Notes: generated by a model not told the origin, from the sequence alone. A DNA stretch of 63,921 nucleotides, filler included, from Octopus bimaculoides (GCF_001194135.2; 8 parts of 8 records of this genome joined end to end with filler, not necessarily neighbours in it); one strand, 5' to 3'. Shown: positions 24,843-37,194, counted from the first letter of the whole stretch. Program-made: numbers and translations.

Positions 24843-26085
24843 TTTTGTGGTATCAAAAAGTTCCCATACTAGTTCTGTAATGCACCAACTGATGGCAGCA
24901 CATGGTTTCCTATGCAGTGAGAGCAAACAGTGACCTTCATGAAAGAGTGTGCCAATGACATCACTGTGAAATTTGTGCTTTTGTGATCATGTGTATACTG
25001 TAGTCTGCGAATTTTGTCATGGACAGGAAGCTGAAACAAAGAGCCAATGTGAAATATTGCATTAAACTTGGGAAGTCTGCTACAGAGACATTGAATATGC
25101 TTCAGCAAGCTTATGCGGATGAGACATTGGGTTGTATGCAATGTTTGGAGTGGCACAGGTACTTCAAAAGCAGAAGAATATCCCAGGAAGACGACCGGTG
25201 AGCTGGAAGACCTGGAAATGTGAAGAAAATTCATCAACTTGTGCATGAGGATCTTTGGATGACAATCAATGATATTGCTCGTGTTGGTCTGTCATACGGG
25301 TCCGTGCAAGCAATCCTAATGTCTGAACTGAACATGCAGCATGCCTCTGCCAAGGTTGTCCCCCGACTGCTGACCACTGAGCAGAAAGAATATTGTGTCA
25401 AAGTCTGACAAGATCTCCGTCATTGTGCTGCTGATGACCTGTCCTTCATGTTGAGAATCATCTTCAATGATGAGAGTTGGGTCTATGGGTACGCCTCTGA
25501 GATGAAGCAGCAGTCATCACAATGGAAGAGCCCTTCCTCTCCATGACCAAAGGAAGCGTGACAGAGCTTCAGCTCAGTCAAGAGTATGCTCATTGTTTTT
25601 CCCCAGCATCCATGGTATCAAGAATTCACCCCTCAGGATCAGACCAGCAATTGAGTTCTACTGTGACATTTTCAAGCATTTGAGAGAGGATATTCAGTGA
25701 AAGTGACTGGATCTGTGGAGTGTGAAGTATTGGATTCTTCACAAGGACAATGCACCCTGTTACTGGAATCTCCTCACTTGTGAGGTTTTTGCCAAAAATA
25801 GCACACTATTCGCCAGATTTAGCACTTGCAGACTTCTATTTCTTCTCAAAGATGCAAAGGCAGCTCAAAGGTCGCTGTTTTAACACTGTTGTCAGGATCA
25901 AGAACAAATCACAGAAGATCCTAACTTGCTTATGGAAAACAACTTCCAGGCCAGATTCCAAAGTGGCAAGAATGCTGGGACTGGTGTATTGTGACTATTT
26001 CAAAGGAGATAATGTTAAAACTTAGGTAAATAAGTTATTTTTTATTAAACATAACTAGTGAGGGAACCTTCTGTTATCACCTTAT
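24843..26085 (+). mobile_element. Full-length but degenerate mariner (D,D34D) transposon
   Basis: MDRKLKQRANVKYCIKLGKSATET..; NDESWVYGY..KQQSSQWKSPSSP; WILHKDNAPC; YSPDLALADFYFFSKM. Decayed TIRs ending ..AAGTTCCC / GGGAAC..; about 1.25 kb with several stops and frameshifts. Confidence 0.92.
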
Positions 26086-26641
26086 TTATACAAATCTCTG
26101 TAGTTTCACCAGAAGCAATAAATTACAGGATTCAATACTAATATAGAGTATTCTTTAATATATTATAACTGAAAGTTCCTATTTCCAGTACTCAGAGTTA
26201 CTCATTTCCAAACATCAGCTGGTAAATCAAACCTGCTTTTCTTTTGAAATATTCATTTTTGAATATTATTTGAAAAATTAAATGAAAGCTTGAAGAAAAT
26301 GCTTATTTTTATGTTCTTTTGTTTAAAAACCTTTGTGAGCAACAAAGCTAGAGTTATGTGTAGTTAGCAAAAAAGAATTAGAAAACATTCTTCAGAGTAA
26401 AAGTAATTTCATCATTAAGATTATGGTGGAACACTTCAGTGTACTGGAATGGTTTAAGGGGATAAAAGAGAAGGAAAATTGTAGATTCGCATGGTTTGAC
26501 ATTGCTGATTGCTATCCTTCCATAACTAAAACTCTGTTAAGGAAGAGCCTAGATTTTGCAAAAGCAATCACTGATATTAGTGAGTCAGACATTGATGTGA
26601 TAATGGTCTCAAGAAAATCACATCTGTTTTTTGATAACAAC

Positions 26642-26805
26642 ACTCTCTGAGTGGTTGGCGTTAGGAAGGGCATCCAGCTGTAGAAACTCTGTCAAATTTA
26701 GATTGGAGCCTGGTGTTGCCATCCGGTTTCACCAGTCCTCAGTCAAGTCGTCCAACCCATGCTAGCATGGAAAGCGGACGTTAAACGATGATGATGATGA
26801 TGATG
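26642..26805 (+). mobile_element. RTE 3'-tail SINE or extremely truncated RTE, inserted in the PLE RT
   Basis: GAGTGGTTGGCGTTAGGAAGGGCATCCAGCTGTAGAAAC..CCAACCCATGCTAGCATGGAAAGCGGACGTTAAAC(GAT)n; AACAC on both sides. Confidence 0.9.
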
Positions 26806-27186
26806 AACACATGGGTAAAGATAAGCAGGATGAATTATTCAACATATCAATTATAGGGCTATATACTCTAAATTTACTGTGAAAAAGTTTCCTAAAATGG
26901 ACTGTGGCTTATGTCATGATGATGGCCTGATCCTCTGGAGAAATTGTAATGCTGAAAAGTTAGAGAGATTTAGAAAAAATTTGATTAAAGTATTTTAGGA
27001 AACAGGGATTGGTATTATTGCTGACAGTAACCCTATCATTGTTAATTTCGTTGACACAATGCTAAGGCTGACCACACCACAAATCAAATGAGAAGTTAGT
27101 GTCCATACATAGACAATTAAATTACCAATCTTGAAGAACTTGGTTGTCGATGTTAGTAAACAGGTATCCTGGATATCTTCCTATAA

Positions 27187-27406
27187 CCCTTTAGTGTTTA
27201 AACCGGCCATATCTGGCCCAAATATTCTACATGTTTTATATTTGAACTAGCCATATCTAGCCTCTCACACCTAACCTACATAGACATTCTAAAAATAAAC
27301 AATCACATCATTGAAACCTCAAAGCTATAAGATAATACATGATTAATTCAAAACAATTTGAGTGAAAAAACATAACATTTAACAAAGTAATCTGAACATC
27401 AAAGGG
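27187..27406. mobile_element. piggyBac-like MITE
   Basis: CCCTTT..AAAGGG termini with ATAA duplicated on both sides; second copy at 32873-33076 has TTAA flanks. Confidence 0.7.
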
Positions 27407-28154
27407 ATAAAGATGTTTTTATGGGAACAGCTGGGTACTATAATGAAGTGTTAAGAAATAATGAATTCTCTGATAAAATAAGATGGGGAACACACAGTGT
27501 AAGAATAAGAACAGTAAAAGGAACATTTTTTGACACAATCTAGTTTTTTTACCTAGTAGTAAAAGCTAAGACAGCTAGAAAATTACTTAATTTAATAGAT
27601 CAACATTTTCCCCTAGGGCATAAGTACAGTAAGATATTGAATAGGAACTGTATTTTAAGGTTAGTTTTTCAGCTTGTAAGAATTTTGGGTGTTATATCAG
27701 ACATTATTAAGCTGCAAAGCTGAATGGAAGGGACATGCAAACAACTAGCCAGCAAAGATCATGCACATATAGAATTTGAGAGAGCTGCCTACCTTACAGT
27801 AACAGTCTGGCAAAGTTGATAGCATAGGCATTTATTATAAATGATGCAGCTGAAAAAATTGAAAAGACGTCTATAATAATAACCTATTCCTTTTGCTCAC
27901 CCAGAGTAGCCAAGTTATTTTTATACCATTCCCTATTATTGTTGGTTTTATTTTCATTGATATTTCACCTAAATATCTAAAGCAAAAGATCGCCTTTGCA
28001 ATTTCTCCATGGTCAAGTTTTTTCTTCTACCCTTCTCTCAATCTGTCCTGAATGTTCTGCAATCCCCTGTTTCCTTATTTTGCAATTGAGTGAGCTCCAG
28101 GCTGGCTGACTGACCTCCCTGTTTCTTCATGTTGCGCCTACCCAAACCCGCCAC

Positions 28155-28270
28155 CTATACTGGAAATCACCTCTTTTATACTGGAAATCTACTGTATTAT
28201 ACCGGTAATCTTCCCAACTCTTACACTGTAAAACTTTTATACCTGAAACCTCCTCTCTTATACCAGAAAT
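28155..28270 (+). repeat. About 21-bp degenerate tandem repeat (CTCTTATACTGGAAATC) upstream of the RTE ORF
   Basis: Five to six TATAC(T/C)(G/A)G(A/T)AA(T/C)C units visible. Confidence 0.7.
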
Positions 28271-28479
28271 CCCTCCTCTTCTCTTATACTGGTGATTCCA
28301 TTCAAGGCTCTCCCCCCACTCCAACATCAGTACAGGAAGCTTCTCCTCTGTACCAGAAGACTCTCTCTCTCTCTCTCAATTTAAAACTTTGACCTAGACT
28401 CTATCTCTCTCTTAATTTAAACTTTGACCTATTTATGTCTGCAGTAATAACATTTATATTAACAACACTTGTACCACAC

Positions 28480-31295
28480 TCTCTCCCAAAAAGGGTAACA
28501 ATTTTTAACATGGTGATGAACTAAAGTGAGACCAATCCTTAGGACATGTCTGTTATCAAATACACATTGAAACCTTTGCATATCCCCTTCCAAGTTTTCA
28601 GAGATGGTACTGTCAATGTAGGCACATTCAAAGGTAGGTCTGGCATGATTGTTGAGATGCTTGAATGGAGGCATGTTGATGTATATTGCATTCAAGAGGG
28701 GAGCTTCAGCTAGTTTCTTCACAGGCAAGACACATAGGTATAAACTCTTCTGGGAAGATAACAGTGATGGGGCAGGTGGTGTGGTGGACATACTTCTTGC
28801 AGAGAAATGGGTGGATAAGGTCAGAGAAGTAGCTAGAGTGTTTGATAGAGTGCTTAAGCTCAAGCTAGTTTTGCAGAATAGTACAGCGACAATTATCTCT
28901 GCCTATGCCTCACAAGCAGGTGTACCAAATGAACAAAAGGACCGTTTTTATGATACCTGTCTGTAGGCTACCTCAAAGACAAATGACAATGATCTCATCT
29001 TCATGGCTGGTGACTTCAATGGACATGTTGGGCTGCATTGAGGCAATGGAATTGGTTCTTGAAACGGAGAGGGAACAAGGCTACTGGAGTTTTGTGATGC
29101 AAATAACCTAGCGATTTGCAACACCAACTCCAGGAAGCCACACAGCTACCTGATAACCTATCAATTGGATGACCACAATAGCCAGATCGACTACAGTCTC
29201 ACCAGACATGGTTGCTCATAAATGCAAAGACTTTCCCTAGTGAAGAATGAACTCCCCAGCATAGACAAGTCATTAGTGACTTAATTTCAGGCCAGAAGGG
29301 CACCAAGAAGAAGACCAATCTGGAAAAGAAACATTTTTGTATGGTCAGAAATTTAGGGACACCCTAACTGAAAAATTTGACGAGAAGGAGGAAGAACTAC
29401 AGACTTGTAATATAGAGAGCAACTAGATATTCCTCTAGGACAGCTTGCTGAGTGCCACAGACGAAAAGTGTGGCTGGTGCAAAGTCCCATCCAGATCAAG
29501 GGTGATGTGGTGGTGGAATGATGCTGTAGACAAGACAATTAGGACAGAGAAACAAGCATAGAAGGATTGAAAGTATGGGGGTAGCAGGGAATTGTATCAG
29601 ATAGCCAGAAGGGAAGCAAGAAGGCAGGTATACTTAGCCAGGGAAGTAGCAGAAAAGAAGTTTGCCAATGTTCTGTGATGTGAGGACCAGAGACTTGAAA
29701 TGTTTACAGAGGTATCAAATTGTTGGATCAGGTGATGAAAGTCATGAAGAGGGTCATAGCACTACTAATTATGGAGTGAGTTAGTGTAGATGCAATGCAG
29801 TTTGGTTTTGTGCCAGGGAGAAGCACCACTAATGCACCTGCGGGAGAAATGCATAGCCAAAGATATACCTCAGTACTTGGCTTTTGGTGACATGGAGAAA
29901 GCCTTTGACAGGTTCCCCAATCAATGCAGAAACTAAATATAGACAAGTGGTTGGTGAGAGCTATACAACCCATGTCCAGGGATGCTGTCAATAAAGTGAG
30001 GGTTGGCAATGAGTATAGTGAAGAATTTAGGGTACAAGTAGGAGTTCACTAAAGATCAGTCCTCCTTGGCCTCCTCTTGTTCATCATAGTCCTCCAGGCA
30101 ATAATGGAGGAATTTAAGACAGGCTGCCCCTGGGAGCTCCTCTATGCTGATCACCTTGTTCTTATAGCTGAATCACTACCAGAACTAGAGAAATTTCAGG
30201 TGTGAAAGCACGGTCTAAAATTGAAGGGACTTAGAGTTAACCTAGCAAAAACCAAAGTCTTAGTATGTAAGAAAGCAGACAAATCACAAATCCTCTCAGG
30301 TAGATAGCCCTGCTTGATCTGCAGGAAAGGTGTAGGTAGAAATTCCATAAGATGTACCCAGTGTAAGCTATGGACACATAAGTGGTGCAGCAATATCAGA
30401 GGATGGTTAACAGTGAAACTAGTTTTTGTGTGTGAAAGGTGCACAGGTACAATTAAAAATGTACTGAAAATAGACTCCATCAAATGCCAGGGGGAAAAAC
30501 GAGAAGTAGTTCATAGCTTCCACTACCTAGGTGACCATGTCAGTAGTAGGGGTGGATGCTCTGAAAGCTGGATGTGCAATGTCAGTGTTTCATGCACAGC
30601 AAATTGTAAACATCTTGAGAAAAAAGTTAGGCATAAGATGTGGTGTGCAAGAGAGACAACTGCACTGGTATGGTCATGTGATGTGTATGGATGTGGACAG
30701 CTAGTGGGAAGAAGATGTGGAAGAGGGGGACCCAGGAAGATATGGGACGAGGTGGTGAAGCATGATCTTTGAATGTTGGGCCTCATGGAGGCAATGACAA
30801 GTGATTGAGACCTTTGGCGATATACTGTGCTTGAGATGAGAAGATCCATCAAGAAAAGCAAAATCATAGTTGTTGCCGTTGTCAGTGTCACATAACTGAC
30901 AACTATGTTGGTGGCATGTGAAAAGCACCCTTTGAATGTTGGGCCTCACGGAGGCAATGAGGCTGATGCTGGTGTCATGTAACTAGCATCTGTGCCAGTG
31001 GAACATAAAAAACATCTTTCAAGCGTTGAGCCTAATGGAGGCAATGACAAATGATTGAGACCTTTGGCAATATGCTGTGCTTGAGAAGGAAGATCCATCA
31101 AGCCAAGTGAAATTCTGTCGGTGGCATGTAAATGCATCCATTACACTCGTGGAGTAGTTGGCATTTGGGAGGGCATCCAGCCATAGAAACCATGCTAAAC
31201 CAGACAGGAGTCTAGTGTATCCCCTTACCTTATCAGTCCTGGTCAAACTGTACAGCCCATGGACAAATGGATGCTAAATGATGATGATGATGAAT
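28480..31295 (+). mobile_element. Near full-length degenerate RTE-clade LINE (APE endonuclease, RT with internal PHD-like finger, modular 3' UTR)
   Basis: NVGTFKGRS..CIQE; IISAYASQAG; GDFNGHVG; NSQIDY; QFGFVPGRSTTNA; DMEKAFDR; LYADHLVL at 30140; KVNLAKTK; FHYLGD; GRGGPRKIWDEVVKHDL*; ends in (GAT)n. Many stops and frameshifts. Confidence 0.92.
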
Positions 31296-31334
31296 TTATG
31301 ATTTTGTTTTGTTAATATTATTCAATTATCTTTT

Positions 31335-31705
31335 ATCTTCTTGTTTCAGTCATTTGACTGCAGCCATACTGGGGCTTTGCCTTGAAGGGTTTTCATCAAA
31401 TAAATTGACCCCAGGACTTTTAAGCCTAGTACTTATTCTATCAATCTCTTTTGCCGATCTGCTACATTATGGGAATGAAAACACACAAGCAGTAGTGGGT
31501 GGGGGGGACAAACACAGACACACATACATAGATATATATGTATATACACAATGAGCTTCTTTCAGTTTCTGTCTACCAAATCCACCCACAAGGCTTTAGT
31601 CAGCCCAATGCCATAGAAGAAGACACTTGCCCAAGTTTCCACACAGTGAGACTGAACCCAGAACCATGTGGTTGAGAAGCTAGCTTCTTACCACACATTC
31701 ACATC
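31335..31705 (-). mobile_element. SINE family A, full length, CpG-decayed
   Basis: Colinear reverse complement of 32053-32445. Confidence 0.88.
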
Positions 31706-32052
31706 AAAAAAATATTTTAAAATGTTTCCATCTTTAATTTTTTTGCTGTTTCTGTTATTTTCATGTTGTATTTTAAAAGGAAGTATAAATTTGACTGATG
31801 TTTACCATACCATTTCCACTTTTGCAAAAAATTTCACTGATGAAGGCGATTTAGTACCTGCCACTGTTGCTGATGCTACCCTATGACTTTTCCTTCTGAG
31901 TTTGACTAATCTTTATCTCTGATGTTGGTTATACACGCCTGTTTTCAACTATGTCTGTCAAACGTTTGTTATTTCAGTGGCTGTCTACTACCATAAGTAC
32001 CTGACAATAAATAGGTGGATATATTAAAAAAAAAAAAATAGTAAAACAAACA

Positions 32053-32444
32053 TAGGTGCAGGCATGGCTGTGTGGTAAGAAGCTTGCTTCTTAATCACAT
32101 GGTTCCAGGTTCAATCCCACCACACAATACTTTGGGCAAGTGACTTCTACTATAGCCTCAGGCCAACCAAAGCTTTCCAAGTGGATTTGGTAGACAGGAA
32201 CTGAAAGAAGCCCATCGTATATATCTATCTGTGTGTGTCTTTATGTCTGGGTTTTTCTCCTACCACTGCTTGACAACTAGTGTTGGTGTGTCTACGTTTC
32301 TTTAACTTAGCAGTTCAGCAAAAGAAACTGCTACAATATGTACCAGGCTTAATAAAAAAAGTGACTAATTGTGTTGATTCTTACCAACTAAAACAAATTG
32401 TTCAAGGCGGTACCCCTGCATAGCTGCAGTCTAAGGACTGAAAT

Positions 32445-32445
<1 letters not shown>
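32053..32445 (+). mobile_element. SINE family A, full length
   Basis: GGTGCAGGCATGGCTGTGTGGTAAGAAGC..GGTTCAATCCC (B box)..GGAACTGAAAGAAGCCC..GCAGTCTAAGGACTGAAA. Confidence 0.88.
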
Positions 32446-32477
<32 letters not shown>

Positions 32478-32872
32478 AACAAAAACAAACAAACAAATAT
32501 GCTCAAGGATCATAATTAATAGCAAGACATCTTAATTGTTGCAGTCCAAAATACCCTCTTCCTTAACAAAATGATTAGGGTCATTGCATCTACAAATGTA
32601 ACAAAAGTAAAAATAAAATTGTATGCTCAAATATTGCCATCAGATTGTTTGAAGTTTAAAGAGATCTATGAAATACAAAATTTCTTCTCAAATTATATCT
32701 TTTGAAGCAGTTCAGGCACCTTTTTGTGTCATGGAAGTGAAATATAATTTTGAAGAAAATAATTTTATGAAAACAAAATCCTTAATCTGTAATTTTTGAT
32801 TTGTTGTTAATCACTCAAACTCTTTTCTAGTAAATTTTGATTAGCTTTGTAGGAGTAAAGTGTTTGGCTTAA

Positions 32873-33076
32873 GCGTTTAGCATTTAATCTGGCCATATCT
32901 AGTCCAAGTATTATAACCGTTTTATGTTAAAACTGACCAGATCTAATTTCTCCAATCTACCCTACAATGTCATTATAAAAGTATACAAACACACCCTTGA
33001 AATTTTGTGTGATTAATTCAAAACAATTCGAATAAATAAGCAATACATTTGGCAAAAATATCGGAATGCTAAAGAG
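32873..33076. mobile_element. piggyBac-like MITE, second copy
   Basis: Aligns to 27187-27406; TTAA on both flanks. Confidence 0.65.
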
Positions 33077-33159
33077 TTAACATCGGATTAAATGAAGTGA
33101 GCCTACATTGCTATTATCAGTTCCAGCTTTCTTTTATTTTTGAAATGATTTTCTTTTGC

Positions 33160-34177
33160 TTCTATATAGATTATATATTATACTCTCACATAGAATATCT
33201 AAGAATGCCATAGAAAATTCAGCTGTCTGGAGCTTAGAAGAGAAAGATTTCCAAAGGAAAAAATGGAAAAAATGCTGCTGTATTAGCAAAGACACAGCAC
33301 CTTACAGAATTTCTCTTTGCTTTACAAAAGGAAAACTCAGAAGCTATTAATGAAGAATCAGTACCAGCTACACTCCCAAGTACATTTGTAGAAAAAAGGA
33401 AGAACATATCACCTTAAAATAGTGAAGAAGAGGAATCACCATGTCAGATGTAGAACATTCAATGCCATTTTAGATCAGTTGTCTTTGCCTTACAAAAATG
33501 CAGGATAGCTAATCAACCAGTACGTGACAAGTTTGAAGTTATAGTGAATTTATGTAGTTTACCTGATGCAGAGGAAAGAACTGAAATTGTGAAACTCATC
33601 ATTGCTTTCCCTTGTGATCTTAGTGAGGTGTTCTTAGAAGAAATTGTACAGTTTGTAGCTTTTTGTAAGCTCAGGTCATGTTTTACTCCATCTCAACAGG
33701 CACTTTTAATCTATAATGAAGAGACTGCTGAAACCTTTTCTAGTGTTGATGTAGCTCTTAGAATGCGTTTGAGTTTAATGGTCACAAGTTGTTCAGGAGA
33801 GAGGTCATTCAGTAAGTTGGGTCTGATAAATAATTAACTGATGGCCCACAAAAGACTGCATTCTGGATGTAGTAGTGTTCTAAAAACAATACAGTTTGAA
33901 GAATTTGTTAAATATTTTTTAAATGCTAAATGCAGAAAAAAAGAAAACTTTTTGAAGATATTGAAAGTAGTACATAGTTAGTGGGTAAAACTTGTACTCA
34001 ATTTGCATTAAGAGATATATTCAAACTTTCTCTTCTAACTTGTCCGATTCAATCAAATGCAATATATAGGTTTTATGATTAAAATCTGGTGATTTTCCAA
34101 AATTTAAAGTCTTGTTTTTGAGGTACCCACCAAAAACTGAAGTGTCCTGGGCCTCCAATGATTTAAATCTGGTTCTG
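33160..34177 (+). mobile_element. hAT transposase remnant (C-terminal dimerisation domain) with 3' end
   Basis: ETFSSVDVALRMRLSLMVTSCSGERSFSKLGLINN is the hAT-C motif; GGGCCTCC..TTAAATCTGGTTCTG at about 34150-34177 resembles the hAT terminus AAATCCGGCCCTG. Confidence 0.8.
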
Positions 34178-34524
34178 GTTTACAGAACTATAACAACAGC
34201 GATGACAACAACAATAGACACAGCAGCAGCAACATCAACAAAAACAGCAGTAGTAACAACAACAACAGCTGTAACAACAACAACAACAATTACCATGACG
34301 AGGAAAGAAAAAAGAATAAGAAGTAAAAAATAAGAAAAAATATATAAAAATACAACACATCACAGAATGGCGAGAACTCTGATCTTATGGGGTACAATGT
34401 GACCCCACTAATGTTGGTGTTTAAAGTTTGCCCAAGATATTCTGTAAATGGTTGGTGAAGGAATGAAGAGGTAGGGCTGAGGGTATAACCCTTGTAATAT
34501 TGGTGTCACAATAAAACAGACCCA

Positions 34525-34710
34525 GTACACTCTGTAAAGTGGTTGTTGGCAGGAAGGGCATCCATCTGTAGTAAACAAGTTAGCAATTAAACTGATGAGT
34601 AATCCATAATCCTCTGATCAATCTAGGAGGGCAGTGACATTGATTTAGAACTGATTCAGATGAGTCCAACCAATGCCAGCATGAAAAGCAAATGTAAAAT
34701 GATGATGGTA
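34525..34710 (+). mobile_element. RTE 3'-tail fragment
   Basis: ACACTCTGTAAAGTGGTTGTTGGCAGGAAGGGCATCC..CCAATGCCAGCATGAAAAG..(GAT)n. Confidence 0.7.
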
Positions 34711-34939
34711 ATGATGATGAGGAGGATAAAAGAAATAAGAAAAAGAACTTGATATTTGTCTTTGTTTTATTTTTTGGTTTTCAAACAAATTCCACATCTT
34801 TTTAATTGGAAATCACCCAGCAAATATGGTAAGTTATTGAATCATGAAAAAGAAATGATATTGCATTCAGGATAATCTGTAAGAGAATGAAAATATAATA
34901 TAATATAATATAATACAATATGATGTGTGTGTATATGTA

Positions 34940-35230
34940 CGTGTGAAGGTGCATGGCCAAGTGGTCAGGGAGTTGCACTCACGATTGTGAGATTGAGGTT
35001 TCAATTCCTGGACCAGGTGCTGCATTGTATTCTTGAGCAAAACACTTAATCTTACATTGCTTTGTGATAACTTCAATAACTGATATGTGGTACACCATGT
35101 ACCTGAACAGGTAACATTGATTTGATAGAAGAGGTGAGCTAATGTGCAACACAAACATTCCATCGCTACAAACAAATCATTTGTGCAAGTTTTTTGCAGA
35201 ACCTTCTTACTCAGACTACAAGTCACTACC
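34940..35230 (+). mobile_element. tRNA-derived SINE family C
   Basis: GAAGGTGCATGGCCAAGTGGTCAGG..GGTTTCAATTCC..TTCTTGAGCAAAACACTT. Confidence 0.7.
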
Positions 35231-35703
35231 AGTATATATGACTGTAAATTAATCTATACATCAATCTACCTATATGTACGTGTACACACACACACGATAT
35301 AAGGAATTTTCTACAGAGTAACTTAAACTAATAGGTATGAGCTCTTCCGATGATAGAATATTTGGCCTATGGAATCCTCACTTGACATGATGCTCCCAAT
35401 ACCTGAAATATTCTTGAAACTAATATTAGAGATTATGTAAACCTTTCTATTAAATAGCTAAATTAAATATAACAAGCACAAAGTTACATGGTTGACTAAA
35501 TATCTTAAAATCTACTAGATGTTGAACAACTATGAATAGGAGAGAACAAGGGAAATCTCCACATGAACAAAAGGGTAAGGAGCCTGAACTGCAGCCTCCA
35601 GTTTAGAAAGGCATTTAAATGTATTTCAAATATTTCAAGGATTGATTTGGAGCAAACAACAGCAATAACAAAATCAAAATAGAAAACCAGGAATGAAACT
35701 TAC

Positions 35704-35760
35704 CGTATGTGTAGTAATGACACTCACAACAACCTCATTTACTGTCTAAGTGATGTTTAT
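35704..35760 (-). other. Candidate non-coding exon (57 nt)
   Basis: Acceptor GTATTTCTTCCAG and donor ACG|GTAAGT; stops in all three frames. Confidence 0.35.
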
Positions 35761-36059
35761 CTGGAAGAAATACATATAAGTTGAAAATAATGTCCTGTCA
35801 CATTTTTAACATGAGCATTTCAAGGGTTCTTTTTTAATACTTATACTGAAATAAGCATTTGTTTTTTATATTCTAATGTATTTTTTTCTGTTTGCAGATT
35901 ATTTTATCCCACAGTGGTTAAATTCATACCAATTTTATCCTTTTAAAATGATTTTAGTTCAGACTCCTATCAGACACTAAATTCTGCATGAATTGAAAAG
36001 GGACTCTTCAGCATTGGTGAAGTTTTGGTTAAAGATTTTGTGGATTTTTTTTTCTCGGG

Positions 36060-36500
36060 CAGTGATTCCCAACATGGAGCCTGGAAAAATTGTGGTGGGA
36101 CATGGGATCCAAANNNNNNNNNNNNNNNNNNNNNNNNNNNNNNNNNNNNNNNNNNNNNNNNNNNNNNNNNNNNNNNNNNNNNNNNNNNNNNNNNNTCCTT
36201 TTATTTTATTTTTTTTTTTTAGTGGGACATGGAACTGTGAAAATCTTTTTTTTTCACAGCAAACAAACTACACCTATACTCAGCCTAGTCAAGCCAATCC
36301 CTCCAGCCAAGCATTCTTTGTGAGAACTATTTGCTACAGTATATCAATATTCTAATGCCCCAGTGTGGATATTTCTTTGAGGAAAGAATATAATTATGAA
36401 ATATTAACAATAAAGTTGTATTTTTCCAACCACCAGTGGTGCATACATTTTTCTGGAAAGTTATGGTGGGGCTAGGTGGGAAATAGGTTGGGAAACATTG
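36060..36500. mobile_element. hAT-type MITE
   Basis: TIRs CAGTGATTCCCAAC / GTTGGGAAACATTG; 8-bp flanks TTCTCGGG and TCCTCAGG (6/8 identical). Confidence 0.7.
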
Positions 36501-36734
36501 TCCTCAGGTGAAATTTTAATAGGGATTTCAGCAGTTTTTGGAGCTTTGTTTTTTTTTATTTGCTGATGAAATTTAGGAGTTTCATTAAATATAACAGATT
36601 TGTTTTTAGTTGGTGGAATAACTGATTTGGTTTGAGTTGCAGTGGTAGTATTCTTGTTCAGTGATGGCAAAACAGTTTGAACTTAAGTGGCAAGAATTTT
36701 AGTTGATGTATGTATGTATGTATGTATGAATGTC

Positions 36735-36950
36735 TTTTATCTTTTGCTTGTTTCACTCATTAGATTATGGCCATACTGGGGCACAGCCTTGAAGAATTTT
36801 GGTTGAATGAATCAATACCAGAACTTATTTATTAAAGTACTGGTACATATTCTATTGTTCTCTTTTTGCTGAATTGCTAGGCTACAGGGATTTAAACACA
36901 TCAACACCAGTTGTCAAGCCATGGTGGGGGACAAACACAGACACAAAGAC
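36735..36950 (-). mobile_element. SINE family A 3' half
   Basis: TTGTTTCACTCATTAGATT..GCCATACTGGGGCAC..TAAACACATCAACACCAGTTGTCAAGC. Confidence 0.8.
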
Positions 36951-37018
36951 ACACTCACAGTGCCACCATATTTACCCGGCACCACCAACTGTCAGCTCTG
37001 CCTCTGGGAAAAACTGTG

Positions 37019-37060
<42 letters not shown>

Positions 37061-37160
37061 NNNNNNNNNNNNNNNNNNNNNNNNNNNNNNNNNNNNNNNN
37101 NNNNTTAATTAATTAANNNNNNNNNNNNNNNNNNNNNNNNNNNNNNNNNNNNNNNNNNNN

Positions 37161-37193
<33 letters not shown>

Positions 37194-37194
37194 A

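Larger units (their letters stand above)
26330..27900 (+). mobile_element. Penelope-like retroelement (Naiad-type) RT + linker remnant, interrupted by two insertions
   Basis: ELCVVSKKELEN..SVLEWFKGIKEKENCRFAWFDIADCYPSITKTLLRKSLDFAK..IMVSRKSHLFFDNNT; GLCHDDGL..ERFRKNLIKVF..VNFVDTML; SKRNIF..NLIDQHFPLGHKYSKILNRN..KVSFS. Confidence 0.85.
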
